Positions 1 to 10,700 of a stretch of 64,000 nt of DNA are shown one piece after another. The notes beneath the pieces are model-generated. The model was not told where the DNA came from. It did not search any database and was given only the letters and a program-made list of their open reading frames with translations. Origin of the DNA: Candidatus Bruticola papionis (GTDB lineage Bacteria > Vulcanimicrobiota > Xenobia > Xenobiales > Xenobiaceae); assembly GCA_002407045.1 (NCBI GenBank), contig DHKB01000034.1:37786-101785 (forward strand), given 5' to 3'. Position 1 is the first letter of the stretch, and each line of letters begins with the position of its first letter. A program made the position numbers and the translations under genes.

Positions 1-3
1 GAA

Positions 4-3000
4 TTGGGCGAGATAGCTTTTGAGCCAGCTCACGTAGCTACGCCTAATGCCGCCAAACCGGCAGCGGCTTCGGTTACTGAGCCAACTGCCACAACTAAAC
101 CGGTGAACGCTAGCGCTAATGGTGAAGCGGTTGCCCATGCTCCCATCTTTGCCTCTTCGCCAGCTCCGATAGCAGCTTCCAATAATGCTGCCAAACTTCA
201 GAAAGGTTCTGCTTCTCAGGCTGTTCCTATGACATACGAAGAACATGAAGCAATGGCTTTGCCCACTGTTGGCGAAATTTCTATGTTGAGCCAAGCTTTC
301 CAGACCATTCAAGCTGGCTTAGAAGCTATGCAAACTTTGCAACAGCAAACAGCCAGCGCCCACTTGCGTTTCTTAGATAGCCAAGTTCAAATTCAGCAAA
401 CCCTGCAAAGCATTATTACCTCTCAACAAAACCTGGCTCAGCTCAGCTTAGGTTCAGGAGCTTTGGCCAATATGCCAGGTTTTGAGCTTAGTTTGCCAGC
501 CATACCTACCGCGCAGCCAACAATAGATAGAGCCTCTTCCGCTCCCGCTGCTCCAATGCAACCTGCTGCCGTCGAGCCGTCCATACCTATTGCTCAAACT
601 ATGGCCGCTTTTTCCACGGCAGAACCTTTGCCTAAGCCTATTTCCGAAGAGAAAATCGCTGTTACCGAGCAAAGTGAATTTAAGCCGAGCTTCACTGCCG
701 CTCCTCAAGAAGCCGCTCAAGGTGGCGATCTTACCGCAGCCATTTTGGGTGTAGTTGCCGAAATGACCGGTTATCCGGCCGATATGCTCAATTTGGATAT
801 GAACTTAGAAACCGATTTGGGCATCGACTCTATTAAACGAGTAGAAATTTTAGCTGCCATTCAAAAGCGCTTCCCCAATGCCCCAGCTATCGCTCCCGAT
901 GAAATCGGTTCTATGCAAACTTTGCGCCAAATTGCCGATAAATTGGTCGCTCCTACAGCAACAGTCAAAGAATCTACCGTTATTCCGACAGCTGATATTA
1001 AGTCTGCTCCCGCAGTCGAAAAGTCTGTAGTTGGCGTGGCTAACCCGGAAAAAGTTTTGCTTGACGTTGTAGCCGAAACAACTGGCTATCCAGTGGAAAC
1101 TTTAAATCTGGACATGGATTTGGAAAACGATTTAGGCGTCGACTCCATTAAGCGCGTAGAAATTTTAGCCGCTATCCAGAAGCAATTGCCCGGCTCAAAC
1201 AGTGTTGCCCCTGACGAAATTGGCTCTCTGCGTACTTTGCGTCAGATTCTTGACAAGCTCGCTCCTACAACTACAGGAGAAGCTAAAGCTGAGCCTATCG
1301 CCATACAAAATGACACTTCAGCTGAAGAAGCCATTATTAAAATTGTGGCTGAAATGACCGGCTATCCGGTAGAAACTTTAAATCTTGATATGGATTTAGA
1401 GAACGACTTGGGTATCGATTCCATTAAGCGTGTAGAAATTCTGGCCGCTGTGCAAAAGCAATTGCCCCAGGCTGGAGCTATAAGTCCCGAAGAAATCGGC
1501 TCTTTGCATACTTTGCGCGACATCGTCAATCGCTTAGGTGCATCAGCTCAGCCTCAAAGCCAGAGTGAAACTAAGGCTAAAGTTTCCCCTGCACCTGAAA
1601 ACCAAGAGCAAGCTGTGCTTCAGATCGTAGCCGATATGACTGGCTATCCTCTGGAAACGCTCAACTTGGACATGGATTTAGAAAACGATTTGGGCATCGA
1701 TTCCATTAAACGTGTGGAAATTTTGGCCGCCATTCAAAAGGTCATTCCCGCCGCTTCTTCCATAGGTCCAGACGAAATAGGCTCTTTACATACCGTACGC
1801 GATATACTTAAGCGTTTAGGTAACGACGATAAGCCTACTCCTCCGACTGACGCTCCCCATAAGGACGATCAAGGCGCAGAGGAAGAAAAAAAAAATGAAG
1901 CTTGCCAGAGCGTAGATTTGCCCACAGAACCTGCGCTGACTTCAAATGACAAAGCTGAACAAAAGGCGACCGAAGTTTCCGTAGCCGACACTAAATTGGA
2001 AGCTGAGGCAACTGCGGTCGCGCAGCCTGTCGACCATGACTCAAATTCAGAAGCAAAAGCTGAGCAGCAGCCTGAAGTAAAAATCGATTTGACAGCCAGC
2101 TTAGCCCCTGACGGTCAGATGCTCAAACGCAGAAAGCTCTACTATAAAGAGTCGCCCGCGCCTAACAAGCCTGTTGAATTAAACACTCAAGGCCTTTATG
2201 TTATTACCGACGACGGTTATATTGCTCCGGCTCTCTGTGCAGCTATGCAACAATTCGGTTTGCAAGCTTGTTTAATTAGTAAAGATCAGCCTTTAACTGA
2301 TCAACAGCTTCGTTTAGCTGACAGATTTGCAGGCTTAATAGCCATCATGCCTAGTTTTCCTCTCTATGAGCATGGAGATCTCTTCTTCAAACGTGGTGTT
2401 GCTGAAGAGGCTTTAAAAGATTGCTTTAAGTTGGTACGTCAACAGTGTCAACTTTGGAAGCAAGTTGGCCAAACGCCCGATTTCTTCCTGACTGTCACTC
2501 GCATGGACGGTCACTTTGGCACTTTTGATGAAGCTAGCAACCCCATAGAAGCTGGCTTACATGGCTTAGCCAAAGTTGTAGCTCAAGAGTATCCTCGCTT
2601 ACGCAGCCGTTCCTTTGATTTTTGCGTAGATACCGATCCCGGCCATATTGCTACTCAGATCTTAGCCGAGCTTATGGTAGATGGTAGTAACGAAGTTGGT
2701 ATCGATCGTCATAACGTGCGTCGTATTCCGGTCTTACGCGAAGAGAAGCTGGACTTAACTAAAGTTAATTTGCCAGCTCCAGGCTCTACCGTTATTGTTA
2801 CTGGTGGAGCCCGCGGCGTGACTGCTGATTGCGCCAAGTTACTGGCCCAGCATTGCAAACTCAACTTTGTATTGGTAGGCCGCTCACCTATTCCCGTGCC
2901 TGAATGGACTCAAACTAAGTCTGCCAAGACGGCTAGAGACTTAAAAACTTTATTGTATCAACAATCGAAACAGAGTGGTAAGAGTCTCTCTCCTAAACAG

Positions 3001-4716
3001 CTTGAAGGCGAATGCCGACGCATCTTAGTCAACCGTGAGATCGCTCAAAATATCAGTGATATCAGAGCTTTAGGTTCACAAGTGGAATATATTTCCTTAG
3101 ACGTACGCGACGATAGTTTAATCGCTCAAGTAGTGGAAGATATTCACCAGCGTTACGGCTCGATCGTTGGTTTAATTCATGGAGCTGGAGTTTTAGCAGA
3201 TCGCTACATTTGCGACAAGACCGACGAGCAATTCAATATGGTCTTTGATACTAAAGTCAATGGCTTATACAATTTCATGCAAGCCTTAAATGATGAGCCT
3301 TTGCAATTTGTACTTACCTTCTCCTCTGTATCTGCCAGATTCGGCCGTCCCGGCCAAGCCGATTATGCTATGGCCAATGAAGTAATGAATAAGTTTACTT
3401 ATGCGGCCAGCAGTTTATATCCCAAAACTCGCTTTAACGCTATGGGCTGGGGTCCTTGGGAAGGTGGTATGGTCGACGAAAGCCTCAAGCGCAAGTTTGA
3501 GCAACTCGGCGTAGAGGTAATTGAACGTGGACGTGGAGCCAGAGCTTTAACAGCCGAAATTTTGGCTGGTCATGAACAAGCTTGCGAACTCATTATGGGC
3601 GCAGGTTTTGACGTACCTCACGAAGACGACGCCTCTTCAGAAACAAAATCAGAAGCCTCACCAGCTTCAGAAGGTAACCAAGAAGTTAGTCCTTTGGCTC
3701 AGTCTTTAGGTTTAGATAAAGATGAAGAAGCTAAGGAGTCAGAGCGCCCTTTTGCGTCGACGGGCCTAAAGCCCGTCCAGTCTCAAAGTCGCGTATCTTT
3801 GGTCGACACAGACGAACTCTCTGCTAATTGGACTAAGCGCAGCAAGGACGATCCTTACAGTAGGACTCTGAATGCGGAGCAATATCCGCTTTTAGAAGAT
3901 CATGTTTTAGGCGGCCATTCCGTTATGCCTACGGCCTTAATGGTCGAATTGGCTGCCCAAGCTTGTCATAAATACTTTCCTCAGTATCGCTTCTTAGGAT
4001 GTGACAATTTGCGGGTACTTAAGCCAGTTACTTTGCCGCGAGGCGAAGAGCATGACGACCCCGCCAAGAACATTGTAGATACAGACATAGCCATCGTTAT
4101 TCAAAAAGTTGAACGTATCGATTCAGAGTTGTTAGTATCTTTTGCTATTGAGCATTACAAACCAAACGCACGTCCCGTCAAATGTGTAGAGGGAACGGCC
4201 GTTTTAACGGCTCAGCCTCAAGCTAAGCCATTAAAAAAGCATAATCGACAGCCACTGGAAGAAAATGGCTATCCTTGCACTATGCCGGAAGCTTACGATA
4301 AGTATTTATTCCACGGCCCTAAGCTGCGAGGCATAAACAAAGTACGTTCTTGTAACAAACATGGGCTGGCCGCCAACGTAGAAGATATGGGCCACGCTTT
4401 GGTAAATCATCCCCAGGATAAGCCTATTACCAATCCGCTTTTCCTTGATTGTGCTTTGCAAAGCGGTTTGTTGTGGAGCGGAGCCGAGTGCGGACTTTGT
4501 TCTTTACCCATGTTTGGCGGCCGCTATCGTCAATACGTAGACAAGTTCCCTGCCAAAGCACAAATATTGCTTTATCCCAAAGAAGTTGGCGAAAGCCAAA
4601 TGTGCGGCGATGTCTTTGTAGTAGACGAAGAAGGCAGAGTTTTAGCTGAGTGGCAAGACGTGCGCTGGGTTATGAGCTCAACCTTGGCCAAGTCTTTTCG
4701 CAGCAATAAGTTATAA
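4..4716 (+). CDS. pfaA: PUFA/polyketide synthase PfaA-like multidomain protein, 5'-truncated at window edge (linker, ACP x4, KR, PKS-type DH); upstream KS-MAT part not in window
   Basis: The frame is open from nt 4 with no real start. Four repeats carry LGIDSIKRVEILAAIQK (phosphopantetheine Ser at nt 829, 1144, 1420, 1702). A Rossmann motif VIVTGGARGVTADCAKLLA and the YAMANEVMN KR signature follow. The C-terminal LLEDHVLGGHSVMPTA matches the HxxxGxxxxP PKS dehydratase motif. Confidence 0.85.
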   Translation: MGEIAFEPAHVATPNAAKPAAASVTEPTATTKPVNASANGEAVAHAPIFASSPAPIAASNNAAKLQKGSASQAVPMTYEEHEAMALPTVGEISMLSQAFQTIQAGLEAMQTLQQQTASAHLRFLDSQVQIQQTLQSIITSQQNLAQLSLGSGALANMPGFELSLPAIPTAQPTIDRASSAPAAPMQPAAVEPSIPIAQTMAAFSTAEPLPKPISEEKIAVTEQSEFKPSFTAAPQEAAQGGDLTAAILGVVAEMTGYPADMLNLDMNLETDLGIDSIKRVEILAAIQKRFPNAPAIAPDEIGSMQTLRQIADKLVAPTATVKESTVIPTADIKSAPAVEKSVVGVANPEKVLLDVVAETTGYPVETLNLDMDLENDLGVDSIKRVEILAAIQKQLPGSNSVAPDEIGSLRTLRQILDKLAPTTTGEAKAEPIAIQNDTSAEEAIIKIVAEMTGYPVETLNLDMDLENDLGIDSIKRVEILAAVQKQLPQAGAISPEEIGSLHTLRDIVNRLGASAQPQSQSETKAKVSPAPENQEQAVLQIVADMTGYPLETLNLDMDLENDLGIDSIKRVEILAAIQKVIPAASSIGPDEIGSLHTVRDILKRLGNDDKPTPPTDAPHKDDQGAEEEKKNEACQSVDLPTEPALTSNDKAEQKATEVSVADTKLEAEATAVAQPVDHDSNSEAKAEQQPEVKIDLTASLAPDGQMLKRRKLYYKESPAPNKPVELNTQGLYVITDDGYIAPALCAAMQQFGLQACLISKDQPLTDQQLRLADRFAGLIAIMPSFPLYEHGDLFFKRGVAEEALKDCFKLVRQQCQLWKQVGQTPDFFLTVTRMDGHFGTFDEASNPIEAGLHGLAKVVAQEYPRLRSRSFDFCVDTDPGHIATQILAELMVDGSNEVGIDRHNVRRIPVLREEKLDLTKVNLPAPGSTVIVTGGARGVTADCAKLLAQHCKLNFVLVGRSPIPVPEWTQTKSAKTARDLKTLLYQQSKQSGKSLSPKQLEGECRRILVNREIAQNISDIRALGSQVEYISLDVRDDSLIAQVVEDIHQRYGSIVGLIHGAGVLADRYICDKTDEQFNMVFDTKVNGLYNFMQALNDEPLQFVLTFSSVSARFGRPGQADYAMANEVMNKFTYAASSLYPKTRFNAMGWGPWEGGMVDESLKRKFEQLGVEVIERGRGARALTAEILAGHEQACELIMGAGFDVPHEDDASSETKSEASPASEGNQEVSPLAQSLGLDKDEEAKESERPFASTGLKPVQSQSRVSLVDTDELSANWTKRSKDDPYSRTLNAEQYPLLEDHVLGGHSVMPTALMVELAAQACHKYFPQYRFLGCDNLRVLKPVTLPRGEEHDDPAKNIVDTDIAIVIQKVERIDSELLVSFAIEHYKPNARPVKCVEGTAVLTAQPQAKPLKKHNRQPLEENGYPCTMPEAYDKYLFHGPKLRGINKVRSCNKHGLAANVEDMGHALVNHPQDKPITNPLFLDCALQSGLLWSGAECGLCSLPMFGGRYRQYVDKFPAKAQILLYPKEVGESQMCGDVFVVDEEGRVLAEWQDVRWVMSSTLAKSFRSNKL
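720..1830 (+). repeat. Tandem array of 4 ACP-domain coding repeats (period ~280-315 nt) inside the pfaA-like gene
   Basis: Near-identical nucleotide stretches gatttgggcatcgactc/attaa(a/g)cg(a/t)gtagaaatttt(a/g)gc recur at ~814, 1129, 1405 and 1687. The encoded peptides are DLGIDSIKRVEILAA. Confidence 0.85.
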
Positions 4717-4757
4717 ATTATTATTTTGAGCTTTTAGATATAGGTTGTTAAAGTAAA

Positions 4758-7700
4758 ATGGCAGCACGTAATACAGATATAGCCATAGTCGGTCTGGGAC
4801 TCCACTTTCCCGGTGCCGCTAATGTCCAAGAATATTGGCAGCGTCTCAAAGAAGCTAAAGATCTTTCCGAGCAACCGGGGCCAGATCGTTGGCCCATAGA
4901 TGCCGAAAAGCACCTTAGTAAAACTCCCCAAGACGACGCTTTGCGCTGCTTGCGTGGTTATTATTTGCACAATCTTCCCACTCCTGAGGAAGAAGGCTTG
5001 CCACAAGGGATTGATCCTGTATTTACCTTAGGCTTGAACACAGCCAAACAAGCGCTCAAGGATTGCTCAAATATAAACAAGCAGCGCACCGGTGTAGTGA
5101 TGGCGGCTATAGCTTTACCCACCGACACTACTTCTGCTCTTAGCGAAGACATTTTGGGCGGTGACTTTGAAACGCGTTTACGCCAAAAGTTGGTTGCCGC
5201 ATTTCCAGAAAAAAGCGCTGCTTTCAATTTGTCAACTGTCGATAAACAAACTGAACCAGCCAATTTGCCAACCACTGCAGCTAACACTGCTCCAGTAGGT
5301 TTGCCAGCTCAGTTAATTGCCAATAAATTGGGCTTAGGCTTGGGAGGTTACACTTTAGACGCAGCTTGTGCCAGCTCTTTAGTGGCCGTTGCCTTAGCTT
5401 GCGATGAGTTGCGAGCCCACCGAGCCGACGCCATGTTAGCCGGAGGTCTTTCCCGTCCCGATTGTCTATATACTCAAATGGGCTTTTCAGCTTTGCGAGC
5501 TCTCTCACCAAGCGGCGTATGTTCTCCTTTTGATGCTAAAGCCGACGGCCTGATGGTAGGCGAAGGCTGTGGCTTGGTAATACTCAAGCGCTTGGAAGAC
5601 GCCGTAGCTCAGAGTGATAAAATTTACGGCGTTATTAAAAGCGTCGGTCTATCAAACGATATTGAAGGTAGCTTAGTGGCACCCTCAAGTGAAGGCCAAA
5701 TCCGTAGCTTGCGCCAAGCTTACGCCGCTTGCGGTTTGCAACCTTGGGATATTGATCTAATCGAATGTCATGGTACTGGCACTCCTGTAGGAGATAAAGT
5801 TGAGTTTGACAGTTTGCAAACACTCTGGCAAGAAGCCCCTCAGGGCACTTTATGCCAATTGCGTTCTGTTAAATCTATGATTGGCCATTTGCTTACCGCT
5901 GCTGGTTCGGCCGGACTAATTAGAGTATTGCTCAATATGCAAAATGGCTTGATTACTCCTCAGGTAAATTTTGCAACTCCCGGTTTACCTTTGGCAGAAA
6001 GTCATTTCCGCGTAGAAAATAAAGAAGTAGCTTGGCTTAAGCACCCTAACCGTCCTCGCCGTGCAGCGGTCAGCGGTTTTGGCTTTGGCGGCATCAACGC
6101 TCACCTTATTGTGGAAGAATACGATTCATCTACTTCAGATACAAGCGTCAAAAGTTTAGATGAAAGCCTTATCAACGACAACTCCGAACAAAAAGCTGAA
6201 AGTATAGCTATTGTCGGCTTAGCTTGCCATTTTGGCTCTTTAGATAATACTGATAAATTTAAAAAGGCTATCTTTAACGGACTTTCAGCTTTAACCGATT
6301 TGCCTGAAAATCGTTGGCAAGGCTTAGGCGAAAGTGAAAACGCAAAAACAAATGCTAAGCAAGCCTATATTGATAAAGTATCTATACCTTTAGGCAAATT
6401 CCGTATTCCGCCTACGGATATTCCCAATATTTTGCCTCAACAATCTTTGTTGTTGAATGTGGCTTCTCAGGCTATGGCCGACGCCAGACAGCCTCTTCGC
6501 GAACGGCGCAATGAGGCGGCTGCCTTTATAGGTATAGCTTTAGACTTAAATTCCACCAACTTTAACTTGCGTTGGCAATTGGAAAAGAAAGCCCAGCAAC
6601 TTGCTAAAGCTTTGGATTTAACGGCCGAAGAAGCGAAGTCTTGGCTTAAAGAGCTTAAGAATGAAATTTCTAAGCCTTTAGACTCTACCCGTACTATGGG
6701 AGCTTTAGGTAGTATCGCGGCCAGCCGTGCCGCTCGCGAATTTCAATTCGGAGGCTGTTCTTTTACAGTTTCAGCCCAAGAAGTTTCTGGCTTTACAGCT
6801 TTGAAACTTGGTGTACAAGCTTTACAGAGAGGCGACTTGAATCTAGCTCTGGTCGGAGCTATCGATTTGCAAGGAGACGTTCGTCAAGCTCACAACCACT
6901 TAGATGGCCAAGTTGACGGTTATGGAGAAGGTGCTTGTTGTTTAGTCTTAAAGCGTTTGAGCGACGCCAAGCGCGATCATGATCATATTTACTGTTTAAT
7001 ACAAGGCTTAGGCCAAGCAGAGAATAGCCAAAATGAAGCTGAAGAGCAGCCAGCAACTCAAACAGCCTTGGAGCAAGCTTGCCATCAAGCCAAGATAGAG
7101 CCTAAAAAGATCAGCTACTTGGAATTTAGCAATGGCAACTTACTGACTAATTCAAGCCAATCCCAAGTTTTAGAACAATTACGCCACAAACTCGATCAAG
7201 GAGAGCTTCCTCTTTCTGTTGGTACAGTCAGCGATATAGTTGGTAAATGTGGGGCCGCTTCAGCCTTAGCTTCCATAGCCAAAGCAGCTTTAAGTTTGGA
7301 TCGCCATATTTTGCCTGGCACTCCAGAATATATTAAGCCTATTGCTGAATTGAACGCTTCAGAGAGCCGTTTATGTGTTCATTGTAAGCCTTCTTTCTGG
7401 TTCCGCAATCGCGCCGAAGGGCCGCGCCGCGCTGCCGTAATTAGCACAGCTTATCCTGGTCATGTTTGTGCTTCTATTTTGGAAGAAGCGCCAACCGATA
7501 ATTATGTAAGCCAGAATGAAGCTATTGAACCGGCCAAATCAGTTATCTTCGCTTCTTTAGCCGCTCAACCTCAAGAATTAAAAGCCAAATTGCAAGAATT
7601 GCAACAAGAAGCCAACTTAGCTAGAGAAAGCGGAGTGTCAGCTGCCAAAGCTTTGCTCAAGTTGGGTGCTTCTTGGTGGCAACGTCAAGATATGAAGCAA

Positions 7701-10700
7701 AAGTTGGCTATGGCTTTTGTTATCGACTTAACTACCGAAGAGCCCTGGAATGAGTTTCAAATTCGCCTCAAGCTGGCCATAAAGCATTTAGAAGATTATG
7801 CCGACAAAGCTCTAGCCAATCACTCTATTTTCTATACTCCAGAGCCTCTGGCCGAAAATGGCAAAGTAGCTTTCGTTTATCCCGGTTCAGGAGCCAATTT
7901 CCTCGGTTTGGGACGCGAGCTGGCTTTGCAATTCCCGGCCCTTATGGATCGCTTCGATAATGAAAATCTTTACATGGCCGACGAATTTATGGCTCGTTGG
8001 AACCAGCCTTACCGCTTAAATTGGGAGGAAGGTTGGCAACATGATTCTCTGAAAAATTTAGCTTCTGACACCCACAAGATGATGTTTAGCCAAGTTACCT
8101 TTGCTATGCTTTCTACTGATGTAGTCCGTTATTTAGGTATCGAGCCTCAAGCGGCTATCGGCTATAGCTTAGGAGAATCAGCTGCTCTATTTGCCCTCAG
8201 AGCTTGGCCAGAACGCGACTTAATGTATAAACGCATGGAAAGTTCTGACTTATTCCGCAAGCAACTTTCCGGTCCGTGTCTAGCTGCCAGACGGGCTTGG
8301 AATATTCCTTCGGGCGCTCCTTTTGAATGGACTGTAGGCCTTATTAGAGTGCCTGCTTCTCAAGTAAAAGAAGCGATTAAAACAAATTCCAAAGTGCGCT
8401 TGCTAATAGTCAATACCGATAATGAATGCGTTATTGGTGGCACACGTGAAGCCATTAGCGCCATTTGCGCTCAATTGCATACTAAAGCAATTTTAGTAAG
8501 TGGCGTTGATACGGTACATTGCGATTGTCTTGATCCAGTAGCTAAAGAATATTGGGATATGCACCATCTTCCTTGCACTCCTCCCCAGGGTATAGACTTC
8601 TATAGTGGCTACTATCATCGTTCTTACGGTTTGACTTCGGAAAAAATTGCTGACTCTATTGTTGCCCACGGTCGTTTTGGCTTTGATTACACGAAAACTA
8701 TTCGCCAAGCTTGGCAAGATGGCGTGCGCCTTTTCTTAGAAATGGGGCCTGGCACAGCTTGCAGCCGTATGATTAACAATATCTTGGCTGACAAGCCCCA
8801 CTTTGCTATCAGCTTAAGCAATAGAGGCAAAGCCGAATTGGCTTCTTTAGAATGTCTGTTGGCTGGAGCCATAAGTCATGGCTTACGTCCCGACTTAGGC
8901 AAACTTTTCCCAGCGGAGCTTATGCCTCAAAACGATGCAGAAGCCAAAACTATTGATATTTATTTGGGCAGACCTGCTTTTAACCCACCAGTTCCCCAAT
9001 CAACCCAAGCTAGTTTGCCCACTCCAAACAAAATAGAGAACTCGCCTTCTTCTAAGCCAGTTGCTCTTACCACGCCTTCCCAGACGATCTTGAAAACCGC
9101 GTCGGTTCCTCAGGAGCCTGTCATTCCTACCGAGGAAAGAAGAGCTGTAAATATGAGTATTCCTCAATATAAAAACCAACCATCAGTTTCTGTAGCTGCT
9201 ACCCAAGCAACTACCACCCCAAAGATCAGCAGCCAAGTTGCTCCCGCTTCTTCTCCTACGCCAATGCAACAACTGGAGCAAATTTTAGTTGAAGTTTCCC
9301 AATCTTCACAACAAAACCACTCCAAATGGCTGGAATTTGTTAAAGACAGCTCTCAAGCAATAGCTTCTTTAATGAATCGTCAAAGCGTTTTAATTCAGCA
9401 ATTATCGACTGTGCCCGGAGCCACTTTGCCAAGTGAGATTCGTTTGCCAGATCATACACAAGCGGTTCCACAATTACGACAAAATAGCAATATCGAAGCA
9501 CATGCTTATACAACAAAACTTCATGGCGTCGAATTTACTACTTCCGATGGCTATGTATGTGGAGGCAAACCTTCCTTAGCTCCCAAAAATCAAAAAGTAT
9601 TTTTAGATAGAGATGAATGTCTGGAATTTGCTATAGGTAAAATAGGCAAAGTTTTAGGTGATAAGTTCGCTCCTATCGATAATTACTCTACACGTGTACG
9701 CTTGCCAGCCGAACCGCTTATGCTTGTCGATCGTATTATTTCCGTAGAAGGAGAGCCGCTATCTTTGGGTTCAGGCCGCGTAGTTACCGAACACGACGTA
9801 GTGCCTGGTATGTGGTATTTGGATGGCAACAGAGCTCCGGTCTTTATTTCTGTGGAAGCTGGACAAGCCGACCTTTTCCTTTGCAGCTGGTTAGGAATTG
9901 ACTTTAAAGCTCAGGGCAAACGCGTCTACCGTCTCTTAGATGCCAATGTAACTTTCCACCGTGGCTTGCCTCAGCCTGGCGAAACTATCCATTATGATAT
10001 TCGCATTAAACGCTTTATCAACCAAGGAGACACGTGGCTCTTCTTCTTCGAATACGAAGGCACTATAAATAATCAAATCTTCTTAACTATGCGTGATGGT
10101 TGCGCCGGTTTCTTCACTCCGCAAGAGATACGCAATAATGGCGGTTTAGTCTTAACTGAAGAGAATTTGCGTCCTAAACAGGGCAAAAAAGATCCCCACA
10201 TGAAAGACTTAGTGCCTCTAAGCGCCAGCAGTTACAACTTTGAACAAGTTGAAGCTTTGCGTCGTGGTGATTTAGAAGCTTGTTTCGGTGAAGATTTTGC
10301 CGGATTGGCTTTAAAAAATCCGGTCAGTTTGCCTTCCTCCAATTTGTTGCGTTTAATTCATCGTATTCCCGAATGCGATCCTTTCGGTGGACGTTGGGGC
10401 TTAGGTAAAGTTGTAGCCGAAGCTGACGTTCATCCCGAAGACTGGTACTTAACTTGCCACTTTGTTGACGATATGGTAATGCCTGGCACCTTAATGTATG
10501 AGTGCTGTGCTCATGCCCTGCGTTTCTTGCTGGCTCGCTTAGGCTGGGTTGGCGAAAAAGACAAAATTGCTTACGAACCTGTCGTGGGCGTAAAGGCTGT
10601 CCTTAAATGTCGCGGTCCTGTCTTACAAAGCACCAAAACTGTGCGCTATCAAGTAGAGATCAAAGAGATAGGTTATAACCCTCAGCCTTATGTAATAGCT

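Noticed and set aside
730-1830. Regularly spaced ~290-nt direct repeats (possible CRISPR-like array?)
   Set aside because: The period is far too long. The repeats are in-frame coding ACP domains with the conserved DSL serine. No short spacer/repeat structure of a CRISPR type occurs anywhere in the window.
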